Positions 1 to 13,869 of a stretch of DNA of 64,000 nucleotides are shown in pieces. A program made the position numbers and the translations under genes. Below the pieces are notes generated by a model, which saw only the letters and a program-made list of their open reading frames with translations, was not told the origin of the DNA and ran no database searches. Within the stretch, counting starts at the first letter, position 1. The number at the start of each line of letters is the position of its first letter. This DNA comes from Eledone cirrhosa (lineage: Eukaryota), in assembly GCA_964016885.1 (NCBI GenBank), contig OZ024754.1:20832001-20896000 (forward strand), written 5' to 3'.

Positions 1-949
1 TAGAGACTCCCTCCCATATTAACCTTGGTGTTAACATAGACTCCCTCCCATATTACCCTTGGTATTAACATAGGGACTCCCTCCCATATTACCCTTGGTA
101 TTAACATAGAGACCGCCCCCCCATATTACCCTTGGTATTAACATAGACTCCCTCCCATATTACCCTTGGTATTAACATAGACTCCATCCCATATTACCCT
201 TGGTATTAACATAGACTCCCTCACATATTACAATTGGTGTTAACATAGACTCCCTCCCATATTACCGTTGGTATTAACACAGGGACTCTCTCCCATATTA
301 GCGTTGGTATTAACATAGGGACTCCCTCCCATATTACCCTTGGTATTAACATAGAGACTCTACCCCATATTACCCTTGGTATTAATATAGAGACCCCGCC
401 CCCCATATTACCCTTGGTATTAACATAGACTCGCTCCCATATTACCCTCGGTATTAACATAGATTCCCTCCCATATTACCCTTGGTATTAACATAGACTA
501 CCTCCCATATTACCCTGGGTCTTAACATAGACTCCCTCCCATATTAGACTTGGTATTTACATAGACTCCCTGCCATATTACCCTTTGTATTAACATAGAC
601 TCCCTCCCATATTACCCTTGGTATTAACATAGGGACTCCCTCCCATATTAGCCTTGGTATTAACATAGGGACTCCCTCCCATATTAGCCTTGGTATTAAC
701 ATAGACTACCTCCCTTATTACCCTGGGTCTTAACATAGACTCCCTCCCATATTAGACTTGGTATTAACATAGAATCCCTCCCAGATTACCCTTGGTATTA
801 ACATAGACTCCCTCCTATATTACCCTTGGTATTAACATAGGGACTCCCTCCCATATTACCCTTGGTATTAACATAGAGACTCCCCCCATATTACCCTTGG
901 TATTAATATAGAGACTCCCTCCCATATTAACCTTGGTGTTAACATAGAC

Positions 950-2790
950 TCCCTCCCATATTACCGTTGGTATTAACACAAGGACTCTCTCCCATATTAG
1001 CCTTGGTATTAACATAGGGACTCCCTCCCATATTAGCCTTGGTATTAACATAGACTCCCTCCCATATTAGCCTTGGTATTTACATAGACTCCCTCCCATA
1101 TTACCCTTGGTATTAACATAGACTCCCTCCCATATTACCCTTGGTATTAACATAGGGACTCTCTCCCATATTACCCTTGGTATTAACATAGAGACTCCCT
1201 CCCATATTATCCTTGGTTTTAACATAGACTACCTCCCATTTTACCCTGGGTCTTAACATAGACTCCCTCCCATATTAGACTTGGTATTAACATAGACTCC
1301 CTTCCATATTACCCTTGGTATTAACATAGACTCCCTCCCATATTACCCTTGGTATTAACATAGACTCCCTCCCATATTAACCTTGGTATTAACATAGAGA
1401 CTCCCCCCCCATATTACCCTTGGTATTAATATAGACTCCCTCCCATATTACCCTTTGTATTAACATAGACCCCCTCCCATATTACATATGGTATTAACAT
1501 AGACTCCCTCCCATATTACCCTTGGTATTAACATAGACTCCCTCCCATATTACCCTTGGTATTAACATAGAGAATCCCTCCCATATTACCCTTGATATTA
1601 ACATAGACTCCCTCCCATATTACCCTTGGTATTAACATAGACTCCCTCCCATATTACCCTTAGTATTAACATAGAGACTCCCTCCCATATTAACATTGGT
1701 ATTAACATAGACTCCCTCCCATATTACCCTTGGTATTAACATAGACTCCCTCCCATATTAGACTTGGTATTAACATAGACTCCCTCCCATATTACCCTTG
1801 GTATTAACATAGACTCCCTCCCATATTACCCTTGGTATTAACATAGACTCCTCCCATATTACCCTTGGTATTAACATAGACTCCCTCCCATATTAGCCTT
1901 GGTATTAATATAGAGACTCCGCCCCCCATATTACCCTTGGTATTAACATATACTCGCTCCCATATTACCCTCGGTATTAACATAGACTCCCTCCCATATT
2001 ACCCTTGGTATTAACATAGACTACCTCCCATATTACCCTGGGTCTTAACATAGACTCCCTCCCATATTAGACTTGGTATTAACATAGACTCCCTGCCATA
2101 TTACCCTTTGTATTAACATAGACTCCCTCCCATATTACCCTTGGTATTAACATAGGGACTCCCTCCCATATTAGCCTTGGTATTAACATAGGGACTCCCT
2201 CACATATTAGCCTTGGTATTAACATAGACTACCTCCCTTATTACCCTGGGTCTTAACATAGACTCCCTCCCATATTAGACTTGGTATTAACATAGACTCC
2301 CTCCCATATTACCCTTGGTATTAACATAGAATCCCTCCCATATTACCCTTGGTATTAACATAGGGACTCCCTCCCATATTACCCTTGGTATTAACATAGA
2401 GACTCCCCCCATATTACCCTTGGTATTAATATAGAGACTCCCTCCCATATTAACCTTGGTGTTAACATAGACTCCCTCCCATATTACCCTTGGTATTAAC
2501 ATAGGGACTCCCTCCCATATTAGCCTTTGTATTAACATAGGGACTCCCTCCCATATTAGACTTGGTATTAACATAGACTCCCTCCCATATTACCCTTGGT
2601 ATTAACATAGACTCCCTGCCATATTACCCTTGGTATTAACATAGACTCCTCCCATATTACCCTTGGTATTAACATAGACTCCCTCCCATATTAGCCTTGG
2701 TATTAATATAGAGACTCCGACCCCCATATTACCCTTTCTATTAACTTAGACTCGCTCCCATATTACCCTTGGTATTAACATAAACTCCCT
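950..2790. repeat. ~1.8 kb HOR block, copy 1 of 3 (others at ~4600-6440 and ~10020-11870)
   Basis: Rare variants occur in the same order in all three copies: TAACACAAGGACTCTC at ~974/4621/10047, GGTTTTAAC followed by CATTTTACC, CTTGATATT, TAACATTGG, and TAAACTCC at ~2781/6431/11857. Offsets are ~3650 and 5426. Confidence 0.85.
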
Positions 2791-2999
2791 CCCATATTAC
2801 CCTTGGTATTAACATAGACTCACTGCCATATTACCCTTGGTATTAACATAGACTCCTCCCATATTACCCTTGGTATTAACATAGACTCCCTCCCATATTA
2901 GCCTTGGTATTAATATAGAGACTCCGACCCCCATATTACCCTTTCTATTAACTTAGACTCGCTCCCCTATTACCCTTGGTATTAACATAAACTCCCTCC

Positions 3000-5900
3000 C
3001 ATATTACCATTGGTATTAACATAGACTACCTCCCATATTACCCTGGGTCTTAACATAGACTCCCTCCCATATTACCCTTGGTATTAACATAGAGACTCTC
3101 CCCCATATTACCCTTGGTATTAATATAGAGACTCCCCCCCATATTACCCTTGGTATTAATATAGAGACTCCCTCCCATATTAACCTTGGTGTTAATATAC
3201 ACTCCCTCCCATATTACCCTTGGTATTAACATAGGGACTCCCTCCCATATTACCCTTGGTATTAACATAGAGACCGCCCCCCCCCATATTACCCTTGGTA
3301 TTAACATAGACTCCCTCCCATATTACCCTTGGTATTAACATAGACTCCATCCCATATTACCCTTGGTATTAACATAGACTCCCTCACATATTACAATTGG
3401 TGTTAACATAGACTCCTTCCCATATGACCGTTGGTATTAACATAGGGACTCCCTCCCATATTAGCCTTGGTATTAACATAGGGACTCCCTCCCATATTAG
3501 CCTTGGTATTAACATAGACTACCTCCCTTATTACCCTGGGTCTTAACATAGACTCCCTCCCATATTAGACTTGGTATTAACATAGACTCCCTCCCATATT
3601 ACCCTTGGTATTAACATAGACTCCCTCCCATTTAACCTTGGTATTAACATAGGGACTCCCTCCCATATTACCCTTGGTATTAACATAGAGACTCCCCCCC
3701 CATATTATCCTTGGTATTAATATAGAGACTCCCTTCCATATTAACCTTGGTGTTAACATAGACTCCCTCCCATATTACCCTTGGTATTAACATAGGGACT
3801 CCCTCCCATATTAGCCTTGGTATTAACATAGGGACTCCCTCCCATATTAGACTTGGTATTAACATAGACTCCCTCCCATATTACCCTTGGTATTAACATA
3901 GACTCCCTCCCATATTACCCTTGGTATTAATATAGACTCCTCCCATATTACCCTTGGTATTAACATAGACTCCCTCCCATATTAGCCTTGGTATTAATAT
4001 AGAGACTCCGCCCCCCATATAACCCTTTCTATTAACTTAGACTCGCTCCCATATTACCCTTGGTATTAACATAAACTCCCTCCCATATTACCCTTGGTAT
4101 TAACATAGACTACCTCCCATATTACCCTGGGTCTTAACATAGACTCCCTCCCATATTAGACTTGGTATTAACATAGACTCCCTGCCATATTACCCTTTGT
4201 ATTAACATAGACTCCCTCCCATATTACCCTTGGTATTAACATAGACTCCCTCCCATATTACCCTTGGTATTAACATAGAGACTCCCCCCCATATTACCCT
4301 TGGTATTAATATAGAGACTCCCCCCCATATTACCCTTGGTATTAATATAGAGACTCCCTCCCATATTAACCTTGGTGTTAACATAGACTCCCTCCCATAT
4401 TACCCTTGGTATTAACATAGGGACTCCCTCCCATATTACCCTTGGTATTAACATAGAGACCGCCCCCCATATTACCCTTGGTATTAACATAGACTCCTTC
4501 CCATATTACCCTTGGTATTAACATAGACTCCATCCCATATTAGCCTTGGTATTAACATAGACTCCCTCACATATTACAATTGGTGTTAACATAGACTCCC
4601 TCCCATATTACCGTTGGTATTAACACAAGGACTCTCTCCCATATTAGCCTTGGTATTACCATAGGGACTCCCTCCCATATTAGCCTTGGTATTAACATAG
4701 ACTCCCTCCCATATTAGCCTTGGTATTTACATAGACTCCCTCCCATATTACCCTTGGTATTAACATAGACTCCCTCCCATATTACCCTTGGTATTAACAT
4801 AGGGACTCTCTCCCATATTACCCTTGGTATTAACATAGAGACTCCCTCCCATATTATCCTTGGTTTTAACATAGACTACCTCCCATTTTACCCTGGGTCT
4901 TAACATAGACTCCCTCCCATATTAGACTTGGTATTAACATAGACTCCCTTCCATATTACCCTTGGTATTAACATAGACTCCCTCCCATATTACCCTTGGT
5001 ATTAACATAGACTCCCTCCCATATTAACCTTGGTATTAACATAGAGACTCCCCCCCCCCATATTACCCTTGGTATTAATATAGACTCCCTCCCATATTAC
5101 CCTTTGTATTAACATAGACCCCCTCCCATATTACCCATGGTATTAACATAGACTCCCTCCCATATTACCCTTGGTATTAACATAGACTCCCTCCCATATT
5201 ACCCTTGGTATTAACATAGAGAATCCCTCCCATATTACCCTTGATATTAACATAGACTCCCTCCCATATTACCCTTGGTATTAACATAGACTCCCTCCCA
5301 TATTACCCTTAGTATTAACATAGAGACTCCCTCCCATATTAACATTGGTATTAACATAGACTCCCTCCCATATTACCCTTGGTATTAACATAGACTCCCT
5401 CCCATATTAGACTTGGTATTAACATAGACTCCCTCCCATATTACCCTTGGTATTAACATAGACTCCCTCCCATATTACCCTTGGTATTAACATAGACTCC
5501 TCCCATATTACCCTTGGTATTAACATAGACTCCCTCCCATATTAGCCTTGGTATTAATATAGAGACTCCGCCCCCCCATATTACCCTTGGTATTAACATA
5601 GACTCGCTCCCATATTACCCTCGGTATTAACATAGACTCCCTCCCATATTACCCTTGGTATTAACATAGACTACCTCCCATATTACCCTGGGTCTTAACA
5701 TAGACTCCCTCCCATATTAGACTTGGTATTAACATAGACTCCCTGCCATATTACCCTTTGTATTAACATAGACTCCCTCCCATATTACCCTTCGTATTAA
5801 CATAGGGACTCCCTCCCATATTAGCCTTGGTATTAACATAGGGACTCCCTCACATATTAGCCTTGGTATTAACATAGACTACCTCCCTTATTACCCTGGG

Positions 5901-8900
5901 TCTTAACATAGACTCCCTCCCATATTAGACTTGGTATTAACATAGACTCCCTCCCATATTACCCTAGGTATTAACATAGAATCCCTCCCATATTACCCTT
6001 GGTATTAACATAGGGACTCCCTCCCATATTACCCTTGGTATTAACATAGAGACTCCCCCCATATTACCCTTGGTATTAATATAGAGACTCCCTCCCATAT
6101 TAACCTTGGTGTTAACATAGACTCCCTCCCATATTACCCTTGGTATTAACATAGGGACTCCCTCCCATATTAGCCTTGGTATTAACATAGGGACTCCCTC
6201 CCATATTAGACTTGGTATTAACATAGACTCCCTCCCATATTACCCTTGGTATTAACATAGACTCCCTCCCATATTACCCTTGGTATTAACATAGACTCCT
6301 CCCATATTACCCTTGGTATTAACATAGACTCCCTCCCATATTAGCCTTGGTATTAATATAGAGACTCCGACCCCCATATTACCCTTTCTATTAACTTAGA
6401 CTCGCTCCCATATTACCCTTGGTATTAACATAAACTCCCTCCCATATTACCCTTGGTATTAACATAGACTCCCTCCCATATTACCCTTGGTATTAACATA
6501 GAGACTCCCCCCCATATTACCCTTGGTATTAATATAGAGACTCCCCCCCATATTACCCTTGGTATTAATATAGAGACTCCCTCCCATATTAACCTTGGTG
6601 TTAACATAGACTCCCTCCCATATTACCCTTGGTATTAACATAGGGACTCCCTCCCATATTACCCTTGGTATTAACATAGACTCCCTCCCATATTAGCCTT
6701 GGTACTTACATAGACTCCCTCCCATATTACCCTTGGTATTAACATAGATTCCCTCCCATATTACCCTTGGTATTAACATAGACTCCCTCCCATATTAACC
6801 TTGGTATTAACATAGAGACTCCCCCCCCCATATTACCCTTGGTATTAACACAAGGACTCTCTCCCATATTACCCTTTGTATTAACATAGACCCCCTCCCA
6901 TATTACCCATGGTATTAACATAGACTCCCTCCCATATTACCCTTGGTATTAACATAGACTCCATCCCATATTACCCTTGGTATTAACATAGAGAATCCCT
7001 CCGATATTACCCTTGATATTAACATAGACTCCCTCCCATATTACCCTTGGTATTAACATAGACTCCCTCCCATATTACCCTTAGTATTAACATAGAGACT
7101 CCCTCCCATATTAACATTGGTATTAACATAGACTCCCTCCCATATTACCCTTGGTATTAACATAGACTCCCTCCCATATTAGACTTGGTATTAACATAGA
7201 CTCCCTCCCATATTACCCTTGGTATTAACATAGACTCCCTCCCATATTACCCTTGGTATTAACATAGACTCCTCCCATATTACCCTTGGTATTAACATAG
7301 ACTCCCTCCCATATTAGCCTTGGTATTAATATAGAGACTCCGCCCCCCATATTACCCTTGGTATTAACATAGACTCGCTCCCATATTACCCTCGGTATTA
7401 ACATAGACTCCCTCCCATATTACCCTTGGTATTAACATAGACTACCTCCCATATTACCCTGGGTCTTAACATAGACTCCCTCCCATATTAGACTTGGTAT
7501 TAACATAGACTCCCTGCCATATTACCCTTTGTATTAACATAGACTCCCTCCCATATTACCCTTGGTATTAACATAGGGACTCCCTCCCATATTACCCTTG
7601 GTATTAACATAGAGACTCTACCCCATATTACCCTTGGTCTTAATATAGAGACTCCCCCCCATATTACCCTTGGTATTAATATAGAGACTCCCTCCCATAT
7701 TAACCTTGGTGTTAACATAGACTCCCTCCCATATTACCCTTGGTATTAACATAGGGACTCCCTCCCATATTAACCTTGGTATTAACATAGAGACCGCCCC
7801 CCTCCATATTACCCTTGGTATTAACATAGACTCCCTCCCATATTACCCTTGGTATTAACATAGACTCCCTCACATATTACAATTGGTGTTAACATAGACT
7901 CCCTCCCATATTAGGCTTGGTATTTACATAGACTCCCTCCCATATTACCCTTGGTATTAACATAGACTCCCTCCCATATTACCCTTGGTATTAACGTAGG
8001 GACTCCCTCCCATATTACCCTTGGTATTAACATAGAGACTCCCTCCCATATTATCCTTGGTATTAACATAGACTACCTCCCATATTACCCTGGGTCTTGA
8101 CACAGACTCCCTCCCATATTAGACTTGGTATTAATATAGACTCCCTACCATATTACCCTTGGTATTAACATAGGGACTCCCTCCCATATTACCCTTGCTA
8201 TTAACATAGACTCCCTCCCATATTACCCTTGGTATTAACATAGACACCCTCTCATATTACCCTTGGTATATCATAGGTACACCCTCCCATATTACCCTTG
8301 GTATTAACATAGACTACCTCCCATATTACCCTTGGTATTAACATAGGGACTCCCTCCCATATTACCCTTGGTATTAACATAGAGACTCCCCCCATATTAC
8401 CCTTGGTATTAATATAGAGACTCCCTCCCATATTACCCCTGGTGTTAACATAGACTCCCTCAAATATTACCCTTGGTATTAACATAGACTCCCTCCCATA
8501 TTACCCTTGGTATTAACATAGACTCCCTCCCATATTACCATTGGTATTAACATAGACTACCTCCCATATTACCCTGGGTCTTAACATAGACTCCCTCCCA
8601 TATTACCCTTGGTATTAACATAGAGACTCTCCCCCATATTACCCTTGGTATTAATATAGAGACTCCCCCCCATATTACCCTTGGTATTAATATAGAGACT
8701 CCCTCCCATATTAACCTTGGTGTTAATATACACTCCCTCCCATATTACCCTTGGTATTAACATAGGGACTCCCTCCCATATTACCCTTGGTATTAACATA
8801 GAGACCGCCCCCCCCCATATTACCCTTGGTATTAACATAGACTCCCTCCCATATTACCCTTGGTATTAACATAGACTCCATCCCATATTACCCTTGGTAT

Positions 8901-11900
8901 TAACATAGACTCCCTCACATATTACAATTGGTGTTAACATAGACTCCCTCCCATATGACCGTTGGTATTAACATAGGGACTCCCTCCCATATTAGCCTTG
9001 GTATTAACATAGGGACTCCCTCCCATATTAGCCTTGGTATTAACATAGACTACCTCCCTTATTACCCTGGGTCTTAACATAGACTCCCTCCCATTTAACC
9101 TTGGTATTAACATAGGGACTCCCTCCCATATTACCCTTGGTATTAACATAGAGACTCCCCCCCATATTATCCTTGGTATTAATATAGAGACTCCCTCCCA
9201 TATTAACCTTGGTGTTAACATAGACTCCCTCCCATATTACCCTTGGTATTAACATAGGGACTCCCTCCCATATTAGCCTTGGTATTAACATAGGGACTCC
9301 CTCCCATATTAGACTTGGTATTAACATAGACTCCCTCCCATATTACCCTTGGTATTAACATAGACTCCCTCCCATATTACCCTTGGTATTAATATAGACT
9401 CCTCCCATATTACCCTTGGTATTAACATAGACTCCCTCCCATATTAGCCTTGGTATTAATATAGAGACTCCGCCCCCCATATAACCCTTTCTATTAACTT
9501 AGACTCGCTCCCATATTACCCTTGGTATTAACATAAACTCCCTCCCATATTACCCTTGGTATTAACATAGACTACCTCCCATATTACCCTGGGTCTTAAC
9601 ATAGACTCCCTCCCATATTAGACTTGGTATTAACATAGACTCCCTGCCACATTACCCTTTGTATTAACATAGACTCCCTCCCATATTACCCTTGGTATTA
9701 ACATAGACTCCCTCCCATATTACCCTTGGTATTAACATAGAGACTCCCCCCCATATTACCCTTGGTATTAATATAGAGACTCCCCCCCATATTACCCTTG
9801 GTATTAATATAGAGACTCCCTCCCATATTAACCTTGGTGTTAACATAGACTCCCTCCCATATTACCCTTGGTATTAACATAGGGACTCCCTCCCATATTA
9901 CCCTTGGTATTAACATAGACTCCTTCCCATATTACCCTTGGTATTAACATAGACTCCATCCCATATTAGCCTTGGTATTAACATAGACTCCCTCACATAT
10001 TACAATTGGTGTTAACATAGACTCCCTCCCATATTACCGTTGGTATTAACACAAGGACTCTCTCCCATATTAGCCTTGGTATTAACATAGGGACTCCCTC
10101 CCATATTAGCCTTGGTATTAACATAGACTCCCTCCCATATTAGCCTTGGTATTTACATAGACTCCCTCCCATATTACCCTTGGTATTAACATAGACTCCC
10201 TCCCATATTACCCTTGGTATTAACATAGGGACTCTCTCCCATATTACCCTTGGTATTAACATAGAGACTCCCTCCCATATTATCCTTGGTTTTAACATAG
10301 ACTACCTCCCATTTTACCCTGGGTCTTAACATAGACTCCCTCCCATATTAGACTTGGTATTAACATAGACTCCCTTCCATATTACCCTTGGTATTAACAT
10401 AGACTCCCTCCCATATTACCCTTGGTATTAACATAGACTCCCTCCCATATTAACCTTGGTATTAACATAGAGACTCCCCCCCCCCCATATTACCCTTGGT
10501 ATTAATATAGACTCCCTCCCATATTACCCTTTGTATTAACATAGACCCCCTCCCATATTACCCATGGTATTAACATAGACTCCCTCCCATATTACCCTTG
10601 GTATTAACATAGACTCCCTCCCATATTACCCTTGGTATTAACATAGAGAATCCCTCCCATATTACCCTTGATATTAACATAGACTCCCTCCCATATTACC
10701 CTTGGTATTAACATAGACTCCCTCCCATATTACCCTTAGTATTAACATAGAGACTCCCTCCCATATTAACATTGGTATTAACATAGACTCCCTCCCATAT
10801 TACCCTTGGTATTAACATAGACTCCCTCCCATATTAGACTTGGTATTAACATAGACTCCCTCCCATATTACCCTTGGTATTAACATAGACTCCCTCCCAT
10901 ATTACCCTTGGTATTAACATAGACTCCTCCCATATTACCCTTGGTATTAACATAGACTCCCTCCCATATTAGCCTTGGTATTAATATAGAGACTCCGCCC
11001 CCCATATTACCCTTGGTATTAACAAAGACTCGCTCCCATATTACCCTCGGTATTAACATAGACTCCCTCCCATATTACCCTTGGTATTAACATAGACTAC
11101 CTCCCATATTACCCTGGGTCTTAACATAGACTCCCTCCCATATTAGACTTGGTATTAACATAGACTCCCTGCCATATTACCCTTTGTATTAACATAGACT
11201 CCCTCCCATATTACCCTTGGTATTAACATAGGGACTCCCTCCCATATTAGCCTTGGTATTAACATAGGGACTCCCTCACATATTAGCCTTGGTATTAACA
11301 TAGACTACCTCCCTTATTACCCTGGGTCTTAACATAGACTCCCTCCTATATTAGACTTGGTATTAACATAGACTCCCTCCCATATTACCCTTGGTATTAA
11401 CATAGAATCCCTCCCATATTACCCTTGGTATTAACATAGGGACTCCCTCCCATATTACCCTTGGTATTAACATAGAGACTCCCCCCATATTACCCTTGGT
11501 ATTAATATAGAGACTCCCTCCCATATTAACCTTGGTGTTAACATAGACTCCCTCCCATATTACCCTTGGTATTAACATAGGGACTCCCTCCCATATTAGC
11601 CTTGGTATTAACATAGGGACTCCCTCCCATATTAGACTTGGTATTAACATAGACTCCCTCCCATATTACCCTTGGTATTAACATAGACTCCCTCCCATAT
11701 TACCCTTGGTATTAACATAGACTCCTCCCATATTACCCTTGGTATTAACATAGACTCCCTCCCATATTAGCCTTGGTATTAATATAGAGACTCCGACCCC
11801 CATATTACCCTTTCTATTAACTTAGACTCGCTCCCATATTACCCTTGGTATTAACATAAACTCCCTCCCATATTACCCTTGGTATTAACATAGACTACCT

Positions 11901-13810
11901 CCCATATTACCCTGGGTCTTAACATAGACTCCCTCCCATATTAGACTTGGTATTAAGATAGACTCCCTGCCATATTACCCTTTGTATTAACATAGACTCC
12001 CTCCCATATTACCCTTGGTATTAACATAGAGACTCCCCCCATATTACCCTTGGTATTAATATAGAAACTCCCCCCATATTACCCTTGGTATTAATATAGA
12101 GACTCCCTCCCATATTAACCTTGGTGTTAACATAGACTCCCTCCCATATTACCCTTGGTATTAACATAGAGACCGCCCCCCATATTACCCTTGGTATTAA
12201 CATAGACTCCCTCCCATATTAGCCTTGGTACTTACATAGACTCCCTCCCATATTACCCTTGGTATTAACATAGATTCCCTCCCATATTACCCTTGGTATT
12301 AACATAGACTCCCTCCCATATTAACCTTGGTATTAACATAGAGACTACCCCCCCACCCATATTACCCTTGGTATTTATATAGACTCCCTCCCATATTACC
12401 CTTTGTATTAACATAGACCCCCTCCCATATTACCCATGGTATTAACATAGACTCCCTCCCATATTACCCTTGGTATTAACATAGACTCCATCCCATATTA
12501 CCCTTGGTATTAACATAGAGAATCCCTCCGATATTACCCTTGATATTAACATAGACTCCCTCCCATATTACCCTTGGTATTAACATAGACTCCCTCCCAT
12601 ATTACCCTTAGTATTAACATAGAGACTCCCTCCCATATTAACATTGGTATTAACATAGACTCCCTCCCATATTACCCTTGGTATTAACATAGACTCCCTC
12701 CCATATTAGACTTGGTATTAACATAGACTCCCTCCCATATTACCCTTGGTATTAACATAGACTCCCTCCCATATTACCCTTGGTATTAACATAGACTCCT
12801 CCCATATTACCCTTGGTATTAACATAGACTCCCTCCCATATTAGCCTTGGTATTAATATAGAGACTCCGCCCCCCATATTACCCTTGGTATTAACATAGA
12901 CTCGCTCCCATATTACCCTCGGTATTAACATAGACTCCCTCCCATATTACCCTTGGTATTAACATAGACTACCTCCCATATTACCCTGGGTCTTAACATA
13001 GACTCCCTCCCATATTAGACTTGGTATTAACATAGACTCCCTGCCATATTACCCTTTGTATTAACATAGACTCCCTCCCATATTACCCTTGGTATTAACA
13101 TAGGGACTCCCTCCCATATTACCCTTGGTATTAACATAGAGACTCTACCCCATATTACCCTTGGTCTTAATATAGAGACTCCCCCCCATATTACCCTTGG
13201 TATTAATATAGAGACTCCCTCCCATATTAACCTTGGTGTTAACATAGACTCCCTCCCATATTACCCTTGGTATTAACATAGGGACTCCCTCCCATATTAA
13301 CCTTGGTATTAACATAGAGACCGCCCCCCTCCATATTACCCTTGGTATTAACATAGACTCCCTCCCATATTATCCTTGGTATTAACATAGACTCCCTCAC
13401 ATATTACAATTGGTGTTAACATAGACTCCCTCCCATATTAGGCTTGGTATTTACATAGACTCCCTCCCATATTACCCTTGGCATTAACATAGACTCCCTC
13501 CCATATTACCCTTGGTATTAACGTAGGGACTCTCTCCCATATTACCCTTGGTATTAACATAGAGACTCCCTCCCATATTATCCTTGGTATTAACATAGAC
13601 TACCTCCCATATTACACTTGGTATTAACATAGGGACTCCCTCCCATATTACCCTTGGTATTAACATAGAGACTCCCCCCATATTACCCTTGGTATTAATA
13701 TAGAGACTCCCTCCCATATTACCCCTGGTGTTAACATAGACTCCCTCAAATATTACCCTTGGTATTAACATAGACTCCCTCCCATATTACCCTTGGTATT
13801 AACATAGACT
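3000..13810. repeat. HOR domain A: two tandem copies of a ~5.3-5.5 kb unit (~3000-8530 and ~8530-13810)
   Basis: Landmark pairs: ACCATTGG 3006/8537; CAATTGG 3394/8925, 4577/10003 and 7880/13407; CAAATATT 8461/13747. Identical ORF-track peptides occur at 3050 vs 8581 (offset 5531) and 7500 vs 13027 (offset 5527). Confidence 0.9.
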
Positions 13811-13869
13811 CCCTCCCATATTACCCTTGGTATTAACATAGACTCCCTCCCATATTGCCCTTGGTATTA

